Assembly (NCBI GenBank): GCA_965223345.1
Contig: CBDCWG010000012.1
Coordinates: 1,440,001-1,504,000, forward strand
Reading direction: 5' to 3'
Length of the DNA stretch: 64,000 nt
Origin: Nitrospinales bacterium
GTDB lineage: Bacteria; Nitrospinota; Nitrospinia; Nitrospinales; VA-1
In this document: one piece after another, positions 40,433 through 49,900 of the stretch
Position numbering within the stretch: the first letter of the stretch is position 1
How the letters are laid out: each line of letters begins with the position of its first letter
Notes under the pieces: generated by a model
Databases searched by the model: none
What the model was told of the DNA's origin: nothing
What the model saw: only the letters and a program-made list of their open reading frames with translations
Made by a program: the position numbers and the translations under genes

Positions 40433-40744
40433 TCACCAAATTTTTCTCATGAAGCCATCGACCATCTTCCAGCAATGTACTGTGATAATGGGATCATTTC
40501 CCCACGGAGATTGAACCCAAGTCTTTTTGGGTGTTCCCCCCTGAGCAGTACACTGAAGCATTTTGTAGGTAGAATCTCTGCTTTCCGGTTGGGGTTTTGC
40601 GGGTGCAGCAGGGACCGGCCTGATTACTCTCGGTTTAGATGGGAGCCACGAAGGTTTGTCCTTATAACCCGCACTGGCGGTGCCCATCATCGTGAAAGAT
40701 ACGACTGCTGTTGTTACAAGTGCTGTGATGATTGTCTTTTTCAT
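40433..40744 (-). CDS. Small secreted cationic protein, C-x25-C (array member 3)
   Basis: Signal peptide MKKTIITALV...GTASA; conserved leader. Confidence 0.75.
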   Translation of the reverse strand: MKKTIITALVTTAVVSFTMMGTASAGYKDKPSWLPSKPRVIRPVPAAPAKPQPESRDSTYKMLQCTAQGGTPKKTWVQSPWGNDPIITVHCWKMVDGFMRKIW

Positions 40745-40920
40745 TTGAGGTTCTCCCTTAGCAAGGATTGATACAGTTATTAAAATACGACTGCTTTGGC
40801 GCGATTGATCACACCCACCTCAACAGCCGGTGATGCAGGGTTTTACGCGCATGCAGAGATGGAATCGCGGCTGGATACGAATTATCTAGCTCCGGTATTT
40901 CCATCTCAGAGTCTTCAGGT

Positions 40921-41205
40921 TTACAGTGTACCAAGGTAGAAATCTTTGCTGTGACACTCCCACTTGCCGTTGCGAAGGACAACATGTGTAATATTGATTC
41001 CCTGAAATTTGTTTTGACAAAGAGTCTTTGCCATTGCGGCATTGATTTTTGGTTTGAATATCCGAACTGCCTTCGTTCCCTGTGTTGGGGCGGTGGGGCG
41101 GAAGCCTGGTTTGTAGGGAAATTGCGGGCCGGCGCTGCTGCTGCCTACCAGCACGAAAGCCGAGATTGCCGCGATGGTGATTGCAGAAACCAGTGTCTTA
41201 CTCAT
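40921..41205 (-). CDS. Small secreted cationic protein, C-x20-C (array member 2)
   Basis: Signal peptide ending GSSSA; AAGGAG RBS; GKWEC. Confidence 0.75.
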   Translation of the reverse strand: MSKTLVSAITIAAISAFVLVGSSSAGPQFPYKPGFRPTAPTQGTKAVRIFKPKINAAMAKTLCQNKFQGINITHVVLRNGKWECHSKDFYLGTL

Positions 41206-41313
41206 TTTCGTTTCTCCTTTTATTCGAATCTAGTCCCCTGTACTTGACTTGCAGAGAGCTCGGCTGAGAACTATGAGGTTATTAATAGAAATGTGAAAAA
41301 ATCACATTTAAAC

Positions 41314-41586
41314 CTACACGGTTGTTGCCCATTTGTGACCGTGGTAACCGTAATAACAGGTCCACCGTCCGGTTTGTCGATTGAATTTGACGTAGTTGTA
41401 GGCTCCTCTTTTTCCAGAAACGACTTTCTTTGCAATGTTGGAGCACTTCATTTGCTTCACAAAACTTATCTTTCCAAAGGAACTACCCGGGCCAACTGAA
41501 GAGGAGGGTGCTGCACCTGTGGTACTGGACATCATGAAAGTAGTGACTGCTGCGACCGCGACTGCCAAAACGATTGCTTTATTCAT
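41314..41586 (-). CDS. Small secreted cationic protein, C-x28-C (array member 1)
   Basis: Signal peptide containing AAVTTFMM; AAGGAG RBS; GRWTC. Confidence 0.75.
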   Translation of the reverse strand: MNKAIVLAVAVAAVTTFMMSSTTGAAPSSSVGPGSSFGKISFVKQMKCSNIAKKVVSGKRGAYNYVKFNRQTGRWTCYYGYHGHKWATTV

Positions 41587-41674
41587 TTTTAATTCTCCTT
41601 TTCGAAAGTTGTTTTAATATTTAAATCGTTTTCCCGTTTCTTTCTTTGCAGTTCTTTCCTTTTATAGAGCCGGT

Positions 41675-41691
41675 GGCAATAAATATGCCAA
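41675..41691 (-). promoter_or_regulatory. Sigma-54 promoter for the small-protein array
   Basis: TTGGCATATTTATTGCC (GG-N10-GC). Confidence 0.75.
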
Positions 41692-41776
41692 TTCCGACTT
41701 AAGATACATTTCGTTTTGTTTTCGGATATTTATAAAAGTGTGTTTGTGAAAAAAAATTGCGGTAATAATTTAAACA

Positions 41777-41808
41777 CCATGCATGGACCATGCATGGTCC
41801 ATGCATGG
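41777..41808. repeat. Triple tandem palindrome (CCATGCATGG x3, 11-bp period)
   Basis: CCATGCATGG-A-CCATGCATGG-T-CCATGCATGG. Confidence 0.95.
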
Positions 41809-42018
41809 ACCCGGTTATTGATCAAAAAAATATGAATCGTTTTTCAGAAAGTTTAATTCTTTTCTTACGAAGAGTTCCTGGATAGCATTGTTGGTTTTAT
41901 AAAGTGGCAAACTGTAGAGTACTAAGAAAGAAATGGTGTCGGAGGGATGCTCGAATATAAATAAGATTTATTTGCTTCCTTAAGTTAGTCATTTAAGAAC
42001 ACAGACTTGCGTGAACCT

Positions 42019-42035
42019 CTGGTATGGAAACTGCA
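42019..42035 (+). promoter_or_regulatory. Probable sigma-54 promoter for the UndA-like gene
   Basis: CTGGTATGGAAACTGCA (GG-N10-GC). Confidence 0.6.
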
Positions 42036-42109
42036 TGACGAAATTGCCGAATATTAATAAACAATGAATTCATTCTAACAATCCTATTTCCCATACTACG
42101 GAGGAGACC

Positions 42110-42850
42110 ATGAAGATCACATTGACGGAGCATCCAAAATGGCTTGCAGAATTTGTTGATGAAATTGCGGAATATGAAAAAAATATTCTAGAAGGAAACT
42201 GTTTCGGAAAAATGATTAAAGGGGAACTTCAAATCGACACATTTCGTCAGATAATGATCGATTTTTATCCCCTTGTAGAGAATTTCCCCAAATACATGGC
42301 CCTGGTATTGTCCAAGGTTCCTATGGAGGATTCGGAAAAAGTGAAAATGGCTCGTGGCTGGTTGATTCAAAATCTCAATATCGAGCGTTTGCATGCAGAT
42401 TGGTACAGAGAGTGGATCTGGGGATTCGGTGTTCCCAGGGAGATAACTCAAAAAGAGGTGTTCCCGACTCCGTCCGTGGACGCCGTGAATAATTATCTTT
42501 GGAAAGTTTGTACCTATGGAACCCTGGCGGAGGCCATTGCGGGCCTGAATTTCGCGATCGAGGGGCCGACCGGAGAATGGTCCAAACGGGTCTACGAAAA
42601 TATTCGTAATTATCAGGGGGTGGAAGGTGTGGAATTGACTGGCAAATCCCTCATTTGGCTGAAAGCCCACGCCAAGTACGACGACCACCACCCGGAAGAG
42701 GCTCTGGAAATTATTAAGGCATTTGCAACCACCGAAGAGGAGCAAGAAAAGGTCAAAAGGGCCATTAAGAATGGAATGGCGTACTACGCGATGGCAGCGG
42801 AAGCCAGTTACAACAGTGTTTCCAGTGAGGATAAATTGAAGGTCGCGTAA
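42110..42850 (+). CDS. Heme-oxygenase-like diiron enzyme (TenA/PqqC superfamily), UndA-like
   Basis: MARGWL..N..IERLHADW, NFAIEGPTGEWS and WLKAHAKYDDHHPEEALEII match UndA metal-binding segments as recalled. Confidence 0.85.
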   Translation: MKITLTEHPKWLAEFVDEIAEYEKNILEGNCFGKMIKGELQIDTFRQIMIDFYPLVENFPKYMALVLSKVPMEDSEKVKMARGWLIQNLNIERLHADWYREWIWGFGVPREITQKEVFPTPSVDAVNNYLWKVCTYGTLAEAIAGLNFAIEGPTGEWSKRVYENIRNYQGVEGVELTGKSLIWLKAHAKYDDHHPEEALEIIKAFATTEEEQEKVKRAIKNGMAYYAMAAEASYNSVSSEDKLKVA

Positions 42851-43561
42851 ATTCTAATGAAAGAATCTTATATTTTGTGTAAGTAAATATTGAATCAGTA
42901 TATTTTTTTTTAGTTAACATTTCTGTCTACTTTGAGTTATCCCTCATAATAGGTAGATGAGGGCAGATATCATTTATTTCAGGGGGTGGTGCAGAGTGAC
43001 CTCCCCACTCCCAAAAAAATTGGTTCGAAGTTATGTTGGAATTTGAGCCTGTAGCTTGTTAAATGGGAGTAGGATTTGAGCAGGAATTTGATTCAAGCGA
43101 CCGGGTAGGAATATTATTATCCCTAAAAGGTCATACCTACTTTAATCTGTAAAAAATAGTTTCGATTATCGACAAGATTAGGGGCCTATGGGGGGACAAT
43201 TTTTTGGAGGTGCTCCCCCAATTTTACTTTGGGAGTGAATTAGCAATTTAGGATAGGCCTAAGCTTCTGAACTTAGCACAGCTGGTTGTCTTCCTCTCAA
43301 ACGGTAAAAAATGGGGGTGAGGTGGGCATCGGATTATATTCTTGATTGCATACGGATTTCCCTTATTCGTCAATTGATCTGGTCTGAGGTTAAAAACAAT
43401 CAGTTGAAAAATCAGTTGCTTCAAATGGTCCTGAAATGGGCCACTTGGCTACATAAAGGGACTGTTTTCCACAACAAAACGCAATAAACTAAATCTACTA
43501 AGAGCTTATTTTTATTGTTGTTGGTTGTTGTGATACGTTGCTGATTTTTTTTTATGGTTCG

Positions 43562-43608
43562 GACTCTTAATCAGTAGGTTGAAGGTTCGATTCCTTCACG
43601 GCTCACCA
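43562..43608 (+). repeat. attR: 47-bp duplication of the tRNA-Lys 3' end
   Basis: Identical to 18107-18153. Confidence 0.95.
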
Positions 43609-43618
43609 GATAGTTCAA

Positions 43619-43651
43619 GGGGTCACCGAAAATTCGGTGACCCCATTTTTT
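43619..43651 (+). terminator. Terminator after attR
   Basis: GGGGTCACCGAA/TTCGGTGACCCC stem plus T-run. Confidence 0.8.
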
Positions 43652-43670
43652 ATTTATAATCTGACTATTA

Positions 43671-43699
43671 AATGGCTGCTTTTGTCCGGCAGCAGACTT
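43671..43699. repeat. Palindromic boundary element, copy 4 (degenerate half element)
   Basis: AATGGCTGCTTTTGTCCGGCAGCAGACTT. Confidence 0.55.
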
Positions 43700-44182
43700 T
43701 CGTATGGCGAGTATGAAATGTATAACTTCATAGAGGGTCGCTCACCTCTTTAGCCCTCAGTAACAATCCCTGCCTGTCTAGACTTTCGAAGAAACGCCTC
43801 CGTCACGCGGCGATCACCCCCTAGCCAATGTTTTCGTCGGGAGCGACGCGGCGGCGCTTGCAGCCCTATGGGGGTGGCGTGTCGGGCGGCGAGTTGAACG
43901 AGGGAGCTGCTCCCCAAAAAACACCGCAAAGTTGATCCTCCCCCTTGAGAAATTTGTTGTGCTTTTTCGAGCTGGATTTGTGACAAAGCCTCAGCCCTAA
44001 AAAGTGGGGGGCCTATCCTCGCAGGTTGACTTTAAAATTCTAGTAAAAGATTAAAAATATTGAGTTTATGCCGGTTTTGGTGTGTGCCTGGCTTGCTGAA
44101 AAATCAGAAATATACCTATTGTTTTCACAGCTTTAGAAGAATTTAATAGAGGTAGAGTTGTCGGGTTTTTTGAAAAATATCT

Positions 44183-45754
44183 GTGAAAGCAATTATGGCC
44201 TGGAAAAAAACATTATTTCCAATGTGGGGGTTTGTCCTTTTAAGCCTGGTCTGCGCTTCAATTTTCTTTTACATGGATCTTCTCCTGCCTCTTGGATTCG
44301 CAGCCGGGATTACATACATCACTCTTGTTTTGATCGGTTTGTGGTCAGAATCCAACAAACTCATCCTTGTTAATTGCCTTTTAGGGACGCTTTTAACAGC
44401 GCTCGGTGCTTATCTTTCTCCAGAAAGTCTGGATTTGACTCCGGCGGCTTTCAACCGACTCTTGTCGATTGGAACTCTGTGGCTCACAACTTACTTTTGT
44501 TTGATCAGTCTGCGGTGGACAAAGGAAAAATACCGCGGTGATCTTCTTGAAAAGGCCAAAATGCGGCTAATGGAAGAGTCGGGGTATGTTGAGTTGAATC
44601 GTGACATTGCTTCGATTGCAAACTTATCTCTTTGCCTGGATGATGCCTTTACAAATAGCTTGCGGAAGATATGTGAGTTCGCAGATTGGCCCGTCGGGCA
44701 TCTATATATCTTAAAAGAAAATGAACAGACCTTGGTTCCTTCGGGTATCTGGTATTTAAAGAATAAAAATAAGTTCAATAAATTTTGTAGCATCACTGAT
44801 GAAAGCAGGTTTAACCCCGGAGAAGGTTTGCCTGGGCGTGTTATGGCGGATGGAAAGGTGCACTACATTGAAGATTTGCAAAATGATGCCAATTTCCCTC
44901 GAGGTTTGATTGGAAAAGAGATCAAACTGGTTTCTGGCTTTGGATTTCCCATTCTGATCGGGGACAAGGCTGTCGGTGTTATGGAATTTTTTTCGTCAAA
45001 GCATATAAAACCAGGAAAGAGATTTATGGAGGTAATGGAAAATATAGGAATCTTACTGGGACGTGTTATTGAAAGAGCGAAAGCCGATGAAAGTAATGAG
45101 ATTTACAATCACCATCTGCGAAAGCTTTACCACAAGCTCGATTCTATCCGTGAAGAAGAAAGCAAGCGAATTGCCAGGGATGTCCATGATGAAATGGGGC
45201 AATTGCTGACAACTTTAAAAATCGAGTTGACTTTGCTGGATGACAAGCTGGTCGATGATAGCTGCAATTTACGCGATAATGTCAAAATGATGTACGACCT
45301 CATCGATAAGAATATTCAAATTGTAAAAAAGATTTCTCAAGAGTTGCGCCCTCCTGTGCTGGATTCCATGTCGTTAACAGAGGCAATCGAATGGCAGGGC
45401 AAGTTATTCCAAGATAAAACAGGAATAAAATTCAGCTTGTCTACTTTGCCAGCAAATATTCGTATAGACGCTCAGAGATCAACCTCTCTTTTTCGTATAT
45501 TTCAGGAGTGTTTGACAAATATTTCGCGCCATTCGGAAGCCAGCAATGTCCATGTTGAGATATTTAAAAAAGATGCGAATCTGGTTATGCAGGTTCAAGA
45601 TGATGGCAAGGGTATTTCCAAAGAAGAAATCACAAACAGCCAGTCCCTCGGTTTATTGGGTATGAAAGAGCGGGCTCATATGTGGGAGGGAGAAGTTGAG
45701 TTTCAGGGAGACAATAACCAGGGAACAACGGTTACCATTAAAATCAAATATTGA
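44183..45754 (+). CDS. Membrane sensor histidine kinase (GAF + HisKA_3 + HATPase)
   Basis: N-terminal TMs, GEGLPGRV GAF motif, RIARDVHDEMGQ, ECLTNISRHS, DDGKG, GLLGMKERA. Confidence 0.92.
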   Translation: MKAIMAWKKTLFPMWGFVLLSLVCASIFFYMDLLLPLGFAAGITYITLVLIGLWSESNKLILVNCLLGTLLTALGAYLSPESLDLTPAAFNRLLSIGTLWLTTYFCLISLRWTKEKYRGDLLEKAKMRLMEESGYVELNRDIASIANLSLCLDDAFTNSLRKICEFADWPVGHLYILKENEQTLVPSGIWYLKNKNKFNKFCSITDESRFNPGEGLPGRVMADGKVHYIEDLQNDANFPRGLIGKEIKLVSGFGFPILIGDKAVGVMEFFSSKHIKPGKRFMEVMENIGILLGRVIERAKADESNEIYNHHLRKLYHKLDSIREEESKRIARDVHDEMGQLLTTLKIELTLLDDKLVDDSCNLRDNVKMMYDLIDKNIQIVKKISQELRPPVLDSMSLTEAIEWQGKLFQDKTGIKFSLSTLPANIRIDAQRSTSLFRIFQECLTNISRHSEASNVHVEIFKKDANLVMQVQDDGKGISKEEITNSQSLGLLGMKERAHMWEGEVEFQGDNNQGTTVTIKIKY

Positions 45755-45761
45755 CAAGACA

Positions 45762-46406
45762 GTGGCGAAAAAAACAGGGCTGATTCGAATATTAATTGCT
45801 GACGATCATCCGGTCTACCGGTTAGGAATTCATCGTGCCTTTTCTGGAGACAGTTGTTTTAAGGTGGTCGCGGAAGCTGAAAACGGTCCCGAATTATTAA
45901 AGATAGTTAAAAGTGTGGAAATTGATCTTGTGTTGCTGGATATCACAATGAATGGAGAGTGGAGTTTGGATTATATGAAGGAGTTGAAAGACCAATATCC
46001 CAACTTGCCGGTAATTGTTCTGAGTGTCTATCCGGAAGAACATTTTGCCATGCGTTATATCCAGGCTGGAGCTTCGGGATACATCACCAAAGAAAGTTCT
46101 CTGGAGATTTTGAAACTGGCTGTACGAAAAGTGGCCGCGGGAGGCAAGTTTCTCAGCGAAGAGTTTATGGAAAAGTTGGCGTTTAATTTTTCTAACGAAG
46201 AAAAACAACCCCATGAATTTCTCTCCGATCGAGAATTTCAAGTATTTCGCCACCTCGCTTCTGGCAAATCCGTATCCGATATTGCCAAAATGTTATTTTT
46301 GAGCGAAAAAACAATAAGCACTCACCGCTCGCACATTCTAGAAAAAATGGGCTTACACAGTACCGCTGAACTCATTCATTATGCATTGTTCAATAAGTTG
46401 ATCTAA
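45762..46406 (+). CDS. NarL/LuxR-family response regulator
   Basis: ILIADDH, LLDI, LSDREFQV...LSEKTISTHRSHILEKM; GTG start inferred. Confidence 0.92.
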   Translation: MAKKTGLIRILIADDHPVYRLGIHRAFSGDSCFKVVAEAENGPELLKIVKSVEIDLVLLDITMNGEWSLDYMKELKDQYPNLPVIVLSVYPEEHFAMRYIQAGASGYITKESSLEILKLAVRKVAAGGKFLSEEFMEKLAFNFSNEEKQPHEFLSDREFQVFRHLASGKSVSDIAKMLFLSEKTISTHRSHILEKMGLHSTAELIHYALFNKLI

Positions 46407-46917
46407 GGTATTAAATAAACACACCTTCCTGGTTTCATCGAGTTGAATCTGCTTTTTTAAGGTTCTTGGTTAGCGTTCCCTCCTGATTCCCTCACGTAGT
46501 GTCAGACTGCTCCTACCCGCCTCTCAGTCTTTTCCTTGCTCAAAAATAATCAATATTGGCATTTGAAAATCAGGGTTTTGAGGATATCTGCGTGTCCTTT
46601 CCTTAATTAGAATCCCCCAAGATTCATTTTCCTCCGGTCATTGGTATGAAAAACGATAATTCCAGGATTCAACCAGAGTTCGGGACTTGCCCTCCCTCCC
46701 CGCCTGGTGGCGGGGGCTCTGATTGAGTCCTGGAGTTTTATTGTGATTTCAAACCTTTAAGCGGGGATTGCTCATTTTACGCAATAAATACGGCATTGGC
46801 GAAAGGAGGTCTTTTTTATTGCAAGTTGTGTTGATGGAATTTGCCATCAATCGGTTATCCGGAATTCGAAATTTCGGATCCATTCAATCTAAATCACACT
46901 TATGAATGGAGATCATT

Positions 46918-49900
46918 ATGAGGTTAAACAGAAGGAAATTCTTGCAGGTGAGTGCTGGTGTAGCGACAGCTATGGCCCTTTCAAGCAAGAAAGTAGGAGC
47001 TCAGTTAAAGCCCGTAGTGAAGGTAGGAAACCCTCTGGAGTCCTATCCGGATCGTCGATGGGAAGAAGTTTACCGCGATCAGTATAAATATGAGCGGTCC
47101 TTCACCTATTGTTGTTCTCCGAACGACACCCATCAGTGTCGCGTGCGTGGATTCGTGCGTAACGGCATCCTGATGCGTATCGAGCAGAACTACGACCATC
47201 ACAAAGTTCGCGACCTTTACGGCAACCAGGCCGACGCAGCGTGGAACCCGCGCATGTGTCTGCGTGGCATGACGTATCCCCGCCGCGCATACGGTCCTTA
47301 TCGGAACAAGTATCCGATGATCCGCGTTGGCTGGAAACAGTGGGCGGACGACGGTTTTCCGTTTCTGGATAAAGAAAACCGCGAAAAATATAAGTTCACC
47401 AGCCGGGGCACGGACGAGTTCGTTCGTTTGACCTGGGATCAGACCTTCACCTATCTGGCGAAAGGCCACGTGGCCGTTGCGAAGGCATACAGCGGCGCCC
47501 GCGGTGCTCAGCGCCTGAAGAACGAAGGTTACCAGCCTGAAATGATCGAAGCGATGGGCGGTTCCGGCCCGCGTACTTTCAAGTATCGCGGTGGTATGGG
47601 ACTTCTCGGCGTTATCGGTAAATACGGCATCTACCGCCTGGGCAACCAGGTGGCGCTTCTGGACTCGATCATTCGAGGCCGGGGACCGGGACAGGTATTG
47701 GGCGGCCGCGCATGGTCGAACTACACCTGGCACGGCGATCAGGCTCCTGGACATTCCTGGACGCACGGAATGCAGACCTCTGATATCGACTTCGCGGACC
47801 ATCGTTATGCGAAGATGACCATTCAGTGGGGTAAGAACCTGATCGAGAACAAAATGCCGGAAGCCCACTGGTACACCGAGATCATGGAACGTGGCGGTAC
47901 GCTCGTTGCCATCGCTCCGGAGTACAACCCGCCGGCCACCAAGGCGGACTACTGGGTTCCCGTACGTGCAGGCCTGTCGGATATTTCCATCTTCCTGGGC
48001 TGCGCGAAGATCATCATGGAAGAAGGCCTCGTCGATGTGGACTACGTGAAAGAGTACACCGACATGCCGCTTCTGGTGCGCACGGACACGCTGATCCGTC
48101 TGCATCCGGACGATTTCATCCCCGGCTACAAGGCTCAGGCCCTGCCGAAAGATGGAATGACATCGAAGTGGATGTCCAACTTCAACCGTGACAAAATGCC
48201 CGATTTCGTCGTGTGGGATACCAACTCGGACAAACCGGTTGCGATCAACCGCGAAGACATCGGCGCGAAGATGAGAAAGAAAAACATCGATCCGGCACTG
48301 GACGGTGTTTATGACATCAAGCTCGTCAGCGGCAAGACCATCACCGTCATGCCTCTGTATGAGATGTATAAGGTTCATCTGAAAGACTACGATCTGGATA
48401 CCGTTTATCAGATCAGTCACGCCCCGAAAGATCTCGTGCTTCGCCTATCTCGCGACATCGGCACCATCAAGCCGGTTGAGATCCACTACGGGGAAGGCAT
48501 CAACCATTACTTCCACGCCACGATGCACAACAGGGCTTCCTATGTGCCCCTGATGCTGACCGGTAACGTAGGCCCGAAAGGTTCTGGATCTCACACCTGG
48601 GCGGGTAACTACAAAGCCGGCAACTACCAGGGTTCGCACTGGTCAGGGCCTGGTTTTGCCGCGATGGTCGCGGAAGATCCCTTCAACACCGTTCTCGATC
48701 CGGCCAAGAACATCGACTGGAAAAACGTGAAGGGTTACCTGAAGGGTGAAGAAGTCGGATACTGGGCGCACCGTGATAAAGCACTCGTCGTCAATACCCC
48801 GCGGTATGGACGCAAAGTGTTCACCGGCCGTACCCATATGCCGACGCCCACCAAGCTGGTTTGGTTTGTTAACGTTAACGTCATCAACAACGCGAAGTGG
48901 TTCTATGAGCTGGTGTTCAACACCAATAACAACGTCGATATGATCGTGGCTCAGGACATCGAGTTCACCGGATCCTGCGAGTACTCGGACATCGTTTTGG
49001 CGCCGAACTCCTGGGCGGAATTCGAGTCTTACGAGATCACGTCCGCGTGTTCGAACCCGTTCCATCAGATCTGGGGCGGAACCGGCATCAAGCCGATTTT
49101 CGACACCATCGACGACAACCTGATCCACCGCGAGTTCTCCAAGCGGTTGGCGGAAGTGACCGGTGACAAACGTTTTGCCGATCATATGAAGGTCTATGAA
49201 GGCGAAGCGCCCAACCGCACGAAAGCCATGATCCGTCGTATCTTCACCACCTCCACCACGGGGATGGGTTACAACATCGACGACATCATCAACGGCAAGT
49301 ATGGCGAACCGGGCGCCTGTCTTTTATTATATCGTACCTACCCGCGGTCTCCGTTCTGGGAGATGTTCACGGAGTCGAAACCTTTCTACACTCCGAACGG
49401 TCGTATCCAGTTCTACAATGACGAGCCGGAAGCGATCGAGTGGGGCGAAAACTTCATCGTCCATCGTGAAGGACCTGAAGCCACGCCTTATCTGCCGAAC
49501 GTGATCGTATCCACGAACCCCTACATCCGCCCGGATGATTACGGTATTCCGGAAGACGAGCAGGATCCGGATCTGCGCCACGTCCGCAACATCAAGAAGC
49601 CCTGGTCGGCAGTGCGTACGACCAAGAACTTCTTGTGGGAGAAGGGGTATCGGTTCTACTGCGTCACTCCGAAATCCAGACATACCGCGCATTCTTCCTG
49701 GGCCACCACGGACTGGAATATGATCTGGAACAACAACTTCGGCGATCCTTATCGAATGGATAAACGGTCTCCGGGTGTTGGTGAGTGGCAGGTTCATATG
49801 AACCCGTTCCTGTGTAAAGACCTGGGTATCAACGACGGTGACTATGTATATTGTGACGCGAATCCCGCCGATCGACCGTACATGGGTTGGAAACCGTCCG

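Noticed and set aside
39395..40773. Repeated array leader as CRISPR repeats or attC sites
   Set aside because: Spacing is several hundred bp, the repeat contains the Shine-Dalgarno sequence, and there are no RYYYAAC/GTTRRRY boxes
43562..43608. Second tRNA-Lys gene
   Set aside because: Only the 3' 47 nt are present; the acceptor 5' strand and D arm are missing
43750..43986. 78-aa ORF or mobile-element end after attR
   Set aside because: No RBS or recognisable motifs; the GC-rich patch may be a relic but I cannot assign it
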